A DNA stretch of 63,115 nt, counting the filler, from Octopus bimaculoides (Eukaryota): NCBI RefSeq assembly GCF_001194135.2. It is 4 parts of 4 records of this genome, joined end to end, with 100 filler letters (N's around TTAATTAATTAA, not from the genome) between each part and the next. Parts side by side here need not be neighbours in the genome. Positions count along the whole stretch, not along the records: positions 1 to 21,763 come from NC_068989.1; 3 more parts are not named here. The stretch is one strand, 5' to 3'. Positions within the stretch are counted from its first letter, which is position 1. Every line of letters starts with the position of its first letter. Of this stretch, positions 1-10,684 are shown piece by piece. Under the pieces are notes generated by a model, which worked only from the letters and a program-made list of their open reading frames with translations, had not been told where the DNA came from and ran no database searches. A program made the position numbers and the translations under genes.

Positions 1-169
1 AGTTAGTGGAATAGTTTCATTCTTAAAGTGAAAGTATTTGACATGAGTGTTTTTGTTTCACTTTTAACACATAATACTTAAATAGTGGAGGAGATATGAT
101 GTTGCTGTGGGCTCAAACTATGCAAGAAGTTAAAAATTTATTTTGACTAAAACACAACCGGAACCCTAA

Positions 170-278
170 GTAAGACATGTGTAAAATTTGAATGAAATTG
201 GTTGTGTAGTTCTCGAGTTTTAGGGAAACACACAGACAGACAGACAGACAGACATTCTCATTTTTATATACATAGATA
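170..278 (+). mobile_element. Possible Helitron-like non-autonomous 3' end
   Basis: AAATTTGAATGAAATTGGTTG...TTCTCGAGTTTT followed by (CAGA)n and TTTTATATACATAGAT resembles the end architecture of Lep1-like Helitrons; recognised from memory only. Confidence 0.25.
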
Positions 279-375
279 AAAGAGTAAAATTAATTAATTA
301 ATCAATCAATCAATTAATTAATAATTTTACCAAGTAGCTCGGTACATTAAAATAACCTTTATAGGTAAAATTATG

Positions 376-926
376 CAAATATTCTATAATTATAAACATA
401 ATTATAATTAGGGGTCAGTTAATAGCTTCACCACATACCGAATTTAGAATTAGGAGTTAAAAATTCCTTTTCTACTACCATAAGAATCTCCCAGACTGTA
501 ACACACTTTTTTACGTAGGCAAAGAGAAAAACAATGAGTCAACACGACTTCGATTAGCTACATATGCGTTTCGAGATTAAAGTATTTTTTAATTACTTAC
601 TTCTCTCTTCAGTGTAGCATTTCCAGTTATAAAATTTGAAAGTGCTAGGATTAAATATGCACACGATTGAGTGACATCGTGCAACAGATATCCAACCAAC
701 ACTTCCAAAATTTACACAACCAAATGTAAAATCATTATTCATCCCCTCTGCCTATGTTACGAGCAGTACTGCAGAAAACTGCAGTATTCTATCATGGAGT
801 AAATTATCATGGAGATTCTTACAGTAGTAGAAAAGGAATTTTTAATTCCTATTTCTAAATTCGGTATGTGGTGAAGCAATTAGCTGACCCCTAATTATAA
901 TTATGTTTATAATTATAGAATATTTG
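376..926. mobile_element. Fold-back element with ~116-bp inverted arms, probably a Penelope pseudo-LTR derivative
   Basis: 376-491 is the reverse complement of 811-926 with a few mismatches (CAAATATTCTATAATTATAAACATAATTATAATTAGGGGTCAG... vs ...CTGACCCCTAATTATAATTATGTTTATAATTATAGAATATTTG); the core holds a hammerhead motif. Confidence 0.7.
557..618 (-). ncRNA. Minimal type I hammerhead ribozyme motif (slightly decayed)
   Basis: Minus strand: stem I GCUACA / CUGAAGA / stem II GAGA...UCUC / GAAA-CGCA-UA / stem I' UGUAGC. CGCA is one CpG transition from the palindromic CGCG loop typical of PLE hammerheads. Confidence 0.7.
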
Positions 927-1510
927 TAACTGTATATATATATATATATATATNNNNNNNNNNNNNNNNNNNNNNNNNNNNNNNNNNNNNNNNNNNNNNN
1001 NNNNNNNNNNNNNNNNNNNNNNNNNNNNNNNNNNNNNNNNNNNNNNNNNNNNNNNNNNNNNNNNNNNNNNNNNNNNNNNNNNNNNNNNNNNNNNNNNNNN
1101 NNNNNNNNNNNNNNNNNNNNNNNNNNNNNNNNNNNNNNNNNNNNNNNNNNNNNNNNNNNNNNNNNNNNNNNNNNNNNNNNNNNNNNNNNNNNNNNNNNNN
1201 NNNNNNNNNNNNNNNNNNNNNNNNNNNNNNNNNNNNNNNNNNNNNNNNNNNNNNNNNNNNNNNNNNNNNNNNNNNNNNNNNNNNNNNNNNNNNNNNNNNN
1301 NNNNNNNNNNNNNNNNNNNNNNNNNNNNNNNNNNNNNNNNNNNNNNNNNNNNNNNNNNNNNNNNNNNNNNNNNNNNNNNNNNNNNNNNNNNNNNNNNNNN
1401 NNNNNNNNNNNNNNNNNNNNNNNNNNNNNNNNNNNNNNNNNNNNNNNNNNNNNNNNNNNNNNNTAGAACTATTTTACACACTGGAGCGAAGACATGTTAT
1501 GATACAAGTA

Positions 1511-1549
1511 GAGAAATTTGAAAAGACAACACGAAACCGGTTATTTCTC
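1511..1549 (+). ncRNA. Minimal type I hammerhead motif, U3-A8 core variant
   Basis: GAGAAAU / UUGAAAA / G-acaaca-C / GAAA-CCGG-UU / AUUUCUC: perfect 7-bp stem I, G10.1-C11.1 pair, palindromic stem III loop, NUH triplet at the correct position. Confidence 0.55.
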
Positions 1550-1660
1550 CAAATACAATGTTTATATACCCAAAATTTTATAACATTTTTCTGACATAAC
1601 AATTTAAATATATACTTTAACCATGTAACACAAGCCTTCTGTAGTTTTTTCACTCTTGTT

Positions 1661-1699
<39 letters not shown>

Positions 1700-1704
<5 letters not shown>

Positions 1705-4668
1705 TTAGTAAATCATAAATCCCAAAAAGAAGCACACTCTAATTTATAGAGCAGTATACAATAAAGATAGATGAGGCTGATCTATGAGATTACCCTGGGT
1801 TTCATGTCCATAAAATGCTTAGCTTTACAGCATATCACCAGGCCCCCAAACCTGTTGGCACATGGCCTCTGTAGAAAATGGAGGAGGAAAAGACTTTGTT
1901 AGTCTGTCAACATTAGAGGATTGTCTCCCTTTGCCTGTTATTGTGTGGATCCCAGGACGCCAGCAGGAATTTCCTGAAGTGCAAACAGGGTCCGAAGACT
2001 TCCATCCTGGAGTTAAGGATGTTCCCTGGGTTGAAGGAGTCTTTTAATGGCCTTGCATGTTCAGTTATGCACAGTTTACAGTGCTTGATCCCATTTATGT
2101 AGGGGCTTGTATTTTCTAAGATTCTCCAAGATATTACGTGTGGAATTCCTTCATCCTTCAACTGCCATACATGACTGGCTAATGATGTAGCATGTCTCAT
2201 TTCTGGTATCCTGAAAGAGGATCTGTGGCTGGAGAGGTGTTGCTTGGGTATGTTATCAGAGTATCCAATGTAACACCATGTATGGGTGCTGATGCTGCTG
2301 CTACCGCTGTTGTTGGTATTGGTGCTGTTGGTGTTGTTACTGCATCATTGAAGGTGGCGATGGTGTTAGTGCTATTACTACTGGCGTAATGGATGTCAAC
2401 AGTTGTGGCACTGTTGTTGTTGTTGTGGTCATCGTTGCTGGTGTTGTTGGAGCTGTTGTCGGCACTATCATGGCGGGTGGTGCTGTCACTGTTGTTATAG
2501 TTATCATTTGCGATGGTTCTGCAATTATTTCTGTTAGCGATACTGCCATTGCTGTCATTGATGTTGTTATCATTGGTGACAGTGCTGCCACTAACTCTGT
2601 TCATATTTCTGCTGTTGCTGCTAATAGGGTCAGCTAGTACCTCAGCTTCATACTCCATTGGTTTTGCAATGGCCTTCCACTGGGCATCTGTTGTCATCCC
2701 TGCATGAGCACCCTGCCTCCGCCTGTGGTCTAGGGGTGCTAACTAAAATGTTCTTAATATTGGAGGCACAGCTAAAAGAGACCCTAAGGTTGTGCCTGTT
2801 GAAAATATACTGTACCTATGTGTGTGTGTGAAGTGTTTATCTACTAGCCTAAGGAATATCCTACCTACACACATTTTTTTCCATTGTGGGAGAAGCGGGG
2901 CGTTAAGAAAATGATATTTCTGTGGTGCTTCCTTCTGCAGGTGATAGGGCCCAGCATATAGGAGATGCAGTCCCTAAATCTGCTAGCAGCTAGTGCCTAA
3001 TAATAGTAGGTGGCTGCTGCATCAAAAATTTCTTGGCTAGAAGAAAGGTTTGTAATCCTCTTGCTAACACCCTTCACTAGGTTTTTGAACACAATGGGTT
3101 GGTGGCAGGAGGCTGTGTTGATGTATGTCAGCCTCTCATTTGGTTTGTGGTAGGGCCTGTATGTACCAGAACCCAAGTCAAGTGTAACATCTAAAAAGTC
3201 TGCAGTGGTGAGATTAGTCTCCAGCATAATTTTCAGTCTCATAGAGCTAAGGGTGCTAATTAGACCTTTCCTAAGCCAATTTAGGGTTTGGCCATTGGCT
3301 CCTATAGAGGTGGCTAGGGTATCATCTCTGTAAAGACCAAGAAGGATAGAGGGAACTTCTTCTTAAGGGTGTCGAGGATATGCAACCCAATGAGGTCGCA
3401 TACATCAGCACTGTCGTAGGCTCCCATTGCTATATCAAAGGAGCCAACAAGGTTGAATTGCTTTACCCAGGTTGAACCTTTATTGAACAGCACTGCTTTC
3501 CTGGCATGCATAATAATGTCTATGTCTTTGTCACTAACGTCAATGTATGTATCAGAGCCCAAGTTAAGTGTGACGTCTAAGAAGTCTGCAGTGGTGTGAT
3601 TGGTCTTGATTGTAATTTTTAGTCTCATAGAGCTAAGGGTGCTAATTAGATCTTTCCTAAGCCTATCTGGGGTGTGGCCATTGGCTCCTCTGGAGCTGGC
3701 TAGGGCATCATCTCTGCAGAGACCAAAAGGGATAGAGGGAAACTTCTTTGAGGGTAACATTTTTGATGCACTTCCCTAACAAGGGAAAATGCCTTGACCA
3801 GTAAGCCTTTTGATATAGAATGGTAAAATCAACTATGTCAAACTGGGTAAACCTTGCTCTGCCTCTACCCTATGCAATCACCTTGTTGGTGTTATACCAT
3901 AAGCAGACAGTGGTGGCTCTTCTTATGCTGTTGTTAATGTTCCTCAGTATGTGTTTGCTTGCCAGACTGATCTTGGATTTTGCTGGGTTAATCAGGCGGC
4001 ATTTAGGATTTGAGGCAAAGTTCAGTAATGGTCTTTGACGGTAATAAAGGCATTCCTTTAGCTAAAATCTCTAACCTATCCGCTATATCTAAGTCGTTGG
4101 CTAATTGTTCAGCTTCACGGTTGATGTTGTTGTATGTGTGTGGGGAAGTGTGCCTTTAATTCTGTGTAATATCATTTTCTAACGGCCTATCATAAGTAAG
4201 AGTGTCTATCCTATGTAAATGTTTAGTCTTAACTGAAAATATTAGGAGCTTGTCTGAGTTTTTCAGTAATCTAACGTTGGCATGGAGCTTATGTTAGAAG
4301 GAGCAAGAGGACTTACGAAATTTTAGCTGGGAATGATGCCCAATAGGTCTGCCTTGAAGGGCTCAAGTTCCTTGATCTTGGGTGGGAACTTAGATTGGCT
4401 AGGCTAGGTCATGGTAGAAGGCTTTCCATCATATTTGCCTTATTGCATCCATTATTTTTTCCAGCAGCATTCAAGTGAACAGCTCATTAGATGGTGCAGG
4501 CATATTCTTAGTGGAGTAGCTGAGGTTAAAACATTCCATATTCTTGGAAGGCTAAGCAGTTTCCATGAGTATGTAGAATTGTGGCCTGCCAGACAGCTAT
4601 TTAACACATGGTATTTGTAAAACATTCTGGCTGGGTGTCAGATGGATCATTGGTAAATCATAAATCTT
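1700..4668 (-). mobile_element. Penelope-like retroelement, decayed (RT + GIY-YIG endonuclease + 3' pseudo-LTR)
   Basis: Minus-strand fragments: SFDIAMGAYDSADVCDLIG, LYRDD/LCRDD, DFLDVTL, RPYHKPN (RT); CSCR..CP...C, YEAEV...YIG, TSLASHVWQLKD, CKLC, CLHFRKFLL (endonuclease). 1700-1940 matches the pLTR at 4755-5012. Ends in (TA)n. Confidence 0.9.
1786..1847 (-). ncRNA. Decayed hammerhead-like motif in the PLE pseudo-LTR
   Basis: GGGGC / CUGGUGA-U / AUG...CAU / GAAA-CCCAGGG-UA / AUCUC. The second pLTR copy (4868-4916, +) has CUUAUGA at the same place, so the consensus is CUGAUGA. Confidence 0.4.
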
Positions 4669-4754
4669 CTTAAGGGTGTTGAGGATATACAACCTGATGA
4701 GGTTGCATACATCAGCACTGTCATAGGCTCCCATTGCTATGTCAAAGGAGCCTA

Positions 4755-6710
4755 CACAATAACAGAATTGATTAGAAATAACAGCCAAAGGGAGACAAAG
4801 GAAAACTTTTCCTTCTCCATTTTCTGGAGAGACCACTTGCTACAGAGGCCATGTGCCAACAGGTTTTGGGGTCTTATGATACACTGTAAAGCTAAATGCT
4901 TTAAGGACATGAAACCTAACTCTGACTCTGTAGGCTCCAGCCTTATCTATCTTTATACTATACTGCCCTATAACTTAGAGTATGCTTCTGTTTTGGAGTT
5001 ATGATTTATTGACAATCCATTTTGCACCTGGCCGCATGGTTTGTGTTAAATACCTGTCTGGCAGGCCACACTGCTACATACTCATGGAAACTACTAAGTC
5101 TCTCAACAATATGGAATGTTTTGACCTTCACTACTTCACTAAGAACATACCTACACCATCTAATGAGCTGTACACTTGAATGCTGCTTGAGAAAATAATG
5201 GACGTAATAAGGTAAATGCGATGGAAAGCCTTCTACTCCAAACTAGCCACACCATCCCTGGAAAGCAACACCTATGGAATCAAATCTAGGAAGTACACAT
5301 CCAAGATCAAGGAACTTGAGCCCTTTCAGGTAGACCAACTGGGTATCATTCCCAGCTAAAATTTCGTAAGTCCTCTTGCTCCTTCCAACATTAGCTCTGT
5401 GCCAGCATTAGATTACTAAAAAACTCTGTCAGCCTCTTAATATTCTCAGTTGAGACTAAAAATTTATATAGGATAGACACTCTTACTTATGACAGGCTGT
5501 TAGAAAATAATGTTACACAGAATTATAGGCACACTTCCCCCCACACATACAATAACATCAACAGTGAAGCCAAACAATTAGCCAATGAATTAGATATAGT
5601 AGATAGGGTAGATTTTAGCTAAAAGGAATGCATTTACTACCATCAAAGATCATTAACCAAACTTTGCCTCAAACCCTAAATGCTGCCTGATTAACCTGGC
5701 GAAACCCAAGATTGGTCTGGCAAGCAAACACATACTAAGGAACATCAACAACAGCATAAGGAGATCCACCAGTCTCTCCCTATGGTGTAACACCAACGAG
5801 GTGATTGCATGGTTTAATACCAACAAGGGGAGAGGTACAGCAAGGTTCACCCAGTTTGACATAGTTGATTTTTACCTATCTATATCAAAAAGCTTACTAG
5901 TCAAAGCACTTTCCTTTGCTAGAGGATTCACTGACACTAGTGACAAGGACACAGATGTCATTACACATGCCAGGAAAGCAGTTCTGTTCAATAAATTTTC
6001 AACCTGGGTCAAGCAATCTGACTCTGTAGGCTCCTTTGACATAGTGATGGGAGCCTACGATAGCACTGATGTATGTGACCTCATCGCATTGTATATCCTC
6101 GACACCCTTAAGAAGAAGCTCCCTTCTGTCTTTTTGGTCTCTACAGAGATGACACCCTGGCCATCACTAGAGGAACCAATGGCCACACCCTAGATAGGCT
6201 TACAAAAGATCTAATTAGCACCCTCAGCTCTATGGGACTGAAAATTATGCTGGAGACCAATCTCGCCACTGCGGACTTCTTAGATGTCATACTTGACTTG
6301 GGCTCTGGTACATACAGGCCCTACCGCAAACCAAATGAGAGGCTGACATACATCAACACAGCCCCCTACCACCCACCCATTGTGTTCAAAAACCTGGTGA
6401 AGGGTGTTAGCAAGAGGATCCTGAACCTTTCCTCTAGCTAAGAAATTTTTGATGCAGCAGGCACCTACTATGATGGAGCATTAACTGCTAGTAGATTTAG
6501 GGACCACATCTCCTATATGATGGGCCCTAACACCTGCAGAAGGAAGCATCGCAGAATTATCATTTTGATAGCACCCCTCTTCTCCCTCAACATAGAAACG
6601 TTTGTAAGTAGGATATTCCTTAGGCTAGTAGATAAACACTTCATATGTTCACGTAGGTATAGATGCATTTTCAACAGGCACAACCTTAGAGTGTCTTTTA
6701 GTTGGACCCC
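4755..6710 (+). mobile_element. Second Penelope-like element (5' pseudo-LTR + RT), inverted relative to the first and interrupted at 6710
   Basis: ARFTQFDIVDFYLSISKSLL, SFDIVMGAYDSTDVCDLI, DFLDVILDLGSGTYRPYRKPN; 5010-6700 is reverse-complement homologous to 2770-4650. Confidence 0.9.
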
Positions 6711-6979
6711 TGTTGTGTGAGAGTATCACGGCCCTTTCCATCCCGGAGATTGGATTGGACCACTAATTATAAATAGTAGCAGTCTGAATAGGTAAGGTAG
6801 TTTGTGCTAGTTCCACAGTTCATGTGTTGATAATTCAAAGTTTACAGTTTGAGGTAGCGTGTTGGATTGTCGTTCTTTAAAAGATTGTATTTACGTTCCA
6901 TGTGGTTGCTGCCACTTGTTTCAATCATATTGTTTATTACATTGTTGCTGTGTATTCGTTTGTCCATAAGGATACAACA
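6711..6979 (+). repeat. 5' LTR of the Gypsy element
   Basis: Starts TGTTG, ends CAACA before the PBS-like motif; about 6802-6979 aligns with 10276-10445. Confidence 0.75.
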
Positions 6980-9415
6980 TCTGATGACAAGGATCATTCG
7001 AAACTCATATTGGCTATTTGACAATTTCTGTATAATGGAAAACCTATTAGCCACAGTAGTACAGCTTCAAGAGAAGTAACAGGTACAACTACAGGAGTTG
7101 CAAAATCAAATACTACAACAACAACAACAACAATTAATTGAGTTACAGTTGGTGAAGTCCAAAAATCCAGTAAGCTTGTTTACGCCAGATAGCATGGCTA
7201 ACACAATTTCTGAATTTACATATAAGCCGGAGGTGGGTATTATGTTTCCTGTGTATTATAGAAGATATGAGGAAATTTTTAACAATGAGTGCAAGTCATG
7301 GTCGGAGAAGCAGAAAATAAGCCTTCTACTACGCAAGGTAGCTAGGAGCTGAACATGAGTGTTACTGTAACTTTATTCTACCCAAAAAGTCAAATGAGAC
7401 TGATTTCCAAGAAACTGTGGAATTACTCACTCAGGATATGCTCAAATCACTTATCTTTATGCAAGGATTTATAGCACCTGATTTATAGCAAGGATTCTCT
7501 CGAAAATGGGGCAAGTGAACCAGGATTTATCTCAGACCATCGCAGAAGAATGTCAGACTATGGTAAATTTTAAACATAATGTGAAAAAAATACAAGATAA
7601 AGACTCTACAAAAGTTCAAATGTGTTGTCCCAGGAAGCACAATCAAAAACAAGTGTCAGGCCCCAATCTGTGTTATGGTTGTGGAGGCCTACATTACAAA
7701 AAAGATTGTCAGTTTAAAAACAAAAAGTGCTATAGCTGTCAGAAGCTGGGACATAGGAGTTCTCATTGTAACAAGACTACAAGGCTCAAACACAAAAAAG
7801 TTCTAAGGTATTTTCAGCAGAGAGTAATTGCAACAGAAAAACAAGAAAATTCATGCACATAACAATAAATAATGTGAATACCAAATTACAGTTAGGTAAT
7901 GACATCTCAATTATAAATGCGAATACTTGGGAAAAAATTGGTAAACCGTGATTACATAAAACAGCAAAAATAGTGTTTGGTGTAATGAGTGATAAATTAC
8001 ATTTCATAGGCAAAACATGTATCGTTGTCACATTTCAAGGAGAGACATGAGAAACAAAATTATTCGTTGTGGATAATACAATCAATCTTTTTGGCACAAG
8101 TTGGTTAGAACTATTCAATTTATGGCACCTCCCCATAAATCTTTAATGCAATTACATAAATGGTTGTCCCGTTAAAAACAAGTCTTTGGAAGAACTGAGG
8201 AAAAAATTGCAAAAAAATGTTCCCACAAGTGTTATCAAAAGATTTAGGTCTATGTAGAAAGACAGAAGCCTATTTCCAAGTAAGTGAAAATGCTGTACCT
8301 GTATTTAAAGCAAACAGAAAAGTACTGTTCACAGCAATTGAAACCGTAAATGAAGAGTTGGACAGACTCAAAAAGAGTGAAGTCATCAAAAAGGTGGATT
8401 ACTCAAAGTGGGTGGCACCCACAGTATGTAATAAAAAAAATAGGAAGAATAGACTGTGCTGATTTCTCTAAAAGATTGAACAACTGCTTAAAAACATACC
8501 ACCATCCACTCTCAATTGCAGAGAACATTTTTCTAAAGTTAAATGGTGGAAAAATTTTTTCTAAATTAGATCTGTCTGAAGCCTATTTAAAGATAAAAAT
8601 AAATGAAAAATTCTCAAAGTATTGGACAATAAATACACACAGAGAATTGTACAGATACATACGATTACTTTTTGGATTAAAAATTGCACCAGGAGTATTC
8701 CAGCAAATCATGGATACTATGTTATCCAATTGTGATTTTGCAATCCCATACTTGGATGATATTTTGATCAAGAGTAATTCTTGTGAACATGTGGAACACA
8801 TAAAAGCTGTGTTTAAGAAAACTGAAGTTTTGGGGTTCACTTTGAGTGAAGAAAAATGTGAATTCTTTCTACCCCAAATTAAGTACTTAGGGCAAATAAT
8901 TTATAAAAGTGGTAGACATCCTGACCCATGGAGGGCAGATGCAATTAAGAATATGCCTGCACCAACAAATATTCCAACTTTACAAGCATTTCTTGGGTTG
9001 GCAAACTATTATCAGAGCTACATTCCTAATATGCACAAGTTAAGAGCTCCATTGAACAACTTATTAAAAAAAGAAGTGGAATTGGTCCACTAAATGCCAA
9101 AACATTTTTGAAGAAATAAGAAAAATTCTTATCTCAGACCTGTCATTAGCACTTTACGGTCCCAAAATAGACATCATTGAAGTGTCTGATGCTTCCAAGC
9201 ATGGATCAGGTGCAGTTCTATTTCATAAATATGAAGACAGAAGTACAAAGCCAGTGGTTCATGTTTCACACTTGCTTATAGCAGCAGAGAAGAGATATAG
9301 TCAAATTGAAAAGGAGGCCCCAGCAATTATTTTTGCTGTTAAAAAATTTCACAGGTTTCTGCATGATGGAAGTTTTTTTATGGTAAGGCACTTTATCTGC
9401 TGCCAACAACCACTA

Positions 9416-10272
9416 AAGGGTGAGTTAGAGATGCCATGGCTAAAGATGCGCAGGCATGTGCTGAGGTTGAGGCATCTCTGGCTCTGCCTGGACAGTGAGC
9501 AGGTGTGGTCTCCGTTCGTTGACGAGATATTTCCTAGGTTCACCTCTTCTGGTGAAGTGGAGACCTGGATTAGACATAGACCAAGGCTGGGAGCTTGGCA
9601 AGCAGAGTGTCACCAGGTGCTTGTGCTTCTCTCCCAAACAAGCAATGCCGGTGGAGGGGGTACCACTTTGGCATACTATAGAGGGATGGTAGAGAGCAAG
9701 TGTGATGACAGCCTGTGCATGCAATCATACAGTGTCTGTGTCTCTTGGACCAGTGGGTTTCTACCAAACAGATACTGTCACAACTGGGAGAGTTCAGCTG
9801 TCAGCCAAATCGATTATTAAGATTGTTCTGCCATCTCCTCTAAAAGGAGAAGAGAAATTCTGTTTTCTAGCCGTAATAGCTATAGCAAAAGAGGTGATAT
9901 GGAAGATGCGTGGAAGAGGTATTGCATCAGGCACCTTCATCTCTGGAGATTCTCTTTTTATATCACCTAAGAAGGAAAGCATGTTTGGAGAAGAAATGCC
10001 TGATGGCAAAAAAGTACGAAAGAAGATAGAAGAAAGTAGCCTGAATGTTGGGTATGTAAGTGCCAAATTAAGCGGGGCTAAAAAAGAGGACAAAATAAAC
10101 GATGCAATGCAAGAATGTGGTTTGTAGGGTCAAATCTATTGCACATCCATTCATTATTTGTTTCATCTTCATTCATAATTATATATTTAGTCATATCATT
10201 CGATAAGTCTCCGACCCCATTTGTCCCTTGTATTGTCCCCTCTTTGTTTAACCCTTGTGGTTTCAATAAAAT
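9416..10272 (+). mobile_element. L1/Tx1-type LINE ORF2 3' fragment nested in the Gypsy element
   Basis: Remnant zinc-knuckle segment (HAIIQC near 9716) and C-terminal LSAKSIIKIV...FLAVIAIAKEVIWKMR; ends with AATAAA at about 10265; begins where RNase H homology stops. Confidence 0.6.
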
Positions 10273-10275
10273 CAT

Positions 10276-10445
10276 TGTGCTAGTTCCACAGTTCGTGTGT
10301 TGATAGTGCAAAATTGGAGTTCAAAGATTATAATTCAAGTTAGATTGTTGGTTCTTAAAAGATTGCTGTTATGTTCCATGTGGTTACTGCCATTTGTTTC
10401 AATTATATTGTTATTTCACAGCTGCAGTGTATTTGCTATATAACA
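10276..10445 (+). repeat. 3' LTR remnant (3' part only)
   Basis: TGTGCTAGTTCCACAGTTC...GTTCCATGTGGTT.CTGCCA.TTGTTTCAAT shared with the 5' LTR; ends TAACA. Confidence 0.75.
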
Positions 10446-10450
10446 ACCCC

Positions 10451-10640
10451 CAATATTAAGAGAATTTTAGTTAGCACCCCCCTAGGTGATGAGCAGAGGT
10501 AGGATGCTTAGGCAGGGACTAAAACAGATGCCTAGTGGGAGGCCATTATGAAACCAACGGAGTCATCTATGAAGCTGAAGTACTGGTCGACCCTAGTAGC
10601 AACAGCAGCTTCCCTGCCAACTACTACACTAGCAGGAATG
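10451..10640 (+). mobile_element. Continuation of the + strand Penelope-like element (start of the endonuclease)
   Basis: CAATATTAAGAGAATTTTAGTTAGCACCCC...TNGVIYEAEVLVDP matches the reverse complement of 2620-2765 and resumes exactly where 6710 stopped. Confidence 0.88.
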
Positions 10641-10684
10641 TGCACAGGGAATGTATTAGCTTGACGCTCAGTGAAAAGAGAGAG

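Larger units (their letters stand above)
6711..10445 (+). mobile_element. Ty3/Gypsy LTR retrotransposon, decayed, integrase missing
   Basis: TG...CA termini, TSD ACCCC at 6706-6710 and 10446-10450; gag with two CCHC knuckles (CYGCGGLHYKKDC, CYSCQKLGHRSSHC), RT (FSKLDLSEAY, PYLDDILI), RNase H (SDAS, YSQIEKEA); PBS-like TGATGACAAGG at 6982-6992. Confidence 0.92.

Noticed and set aside
2192-2707. Hydrophobic Val/Ala/Gly-rich plus-strand ORFs resembling membrane proteins
   Set aside because: Antisense shadows of the Asn/Ser/Thr trinucleotide linker in the PLE.
4693-4712. CTGATGAGG hammerhead-like core
   Set aside because: It is the antisense of Penelope RT coding sequence (DVCNLIRL), with no downstream GAAA or stems.
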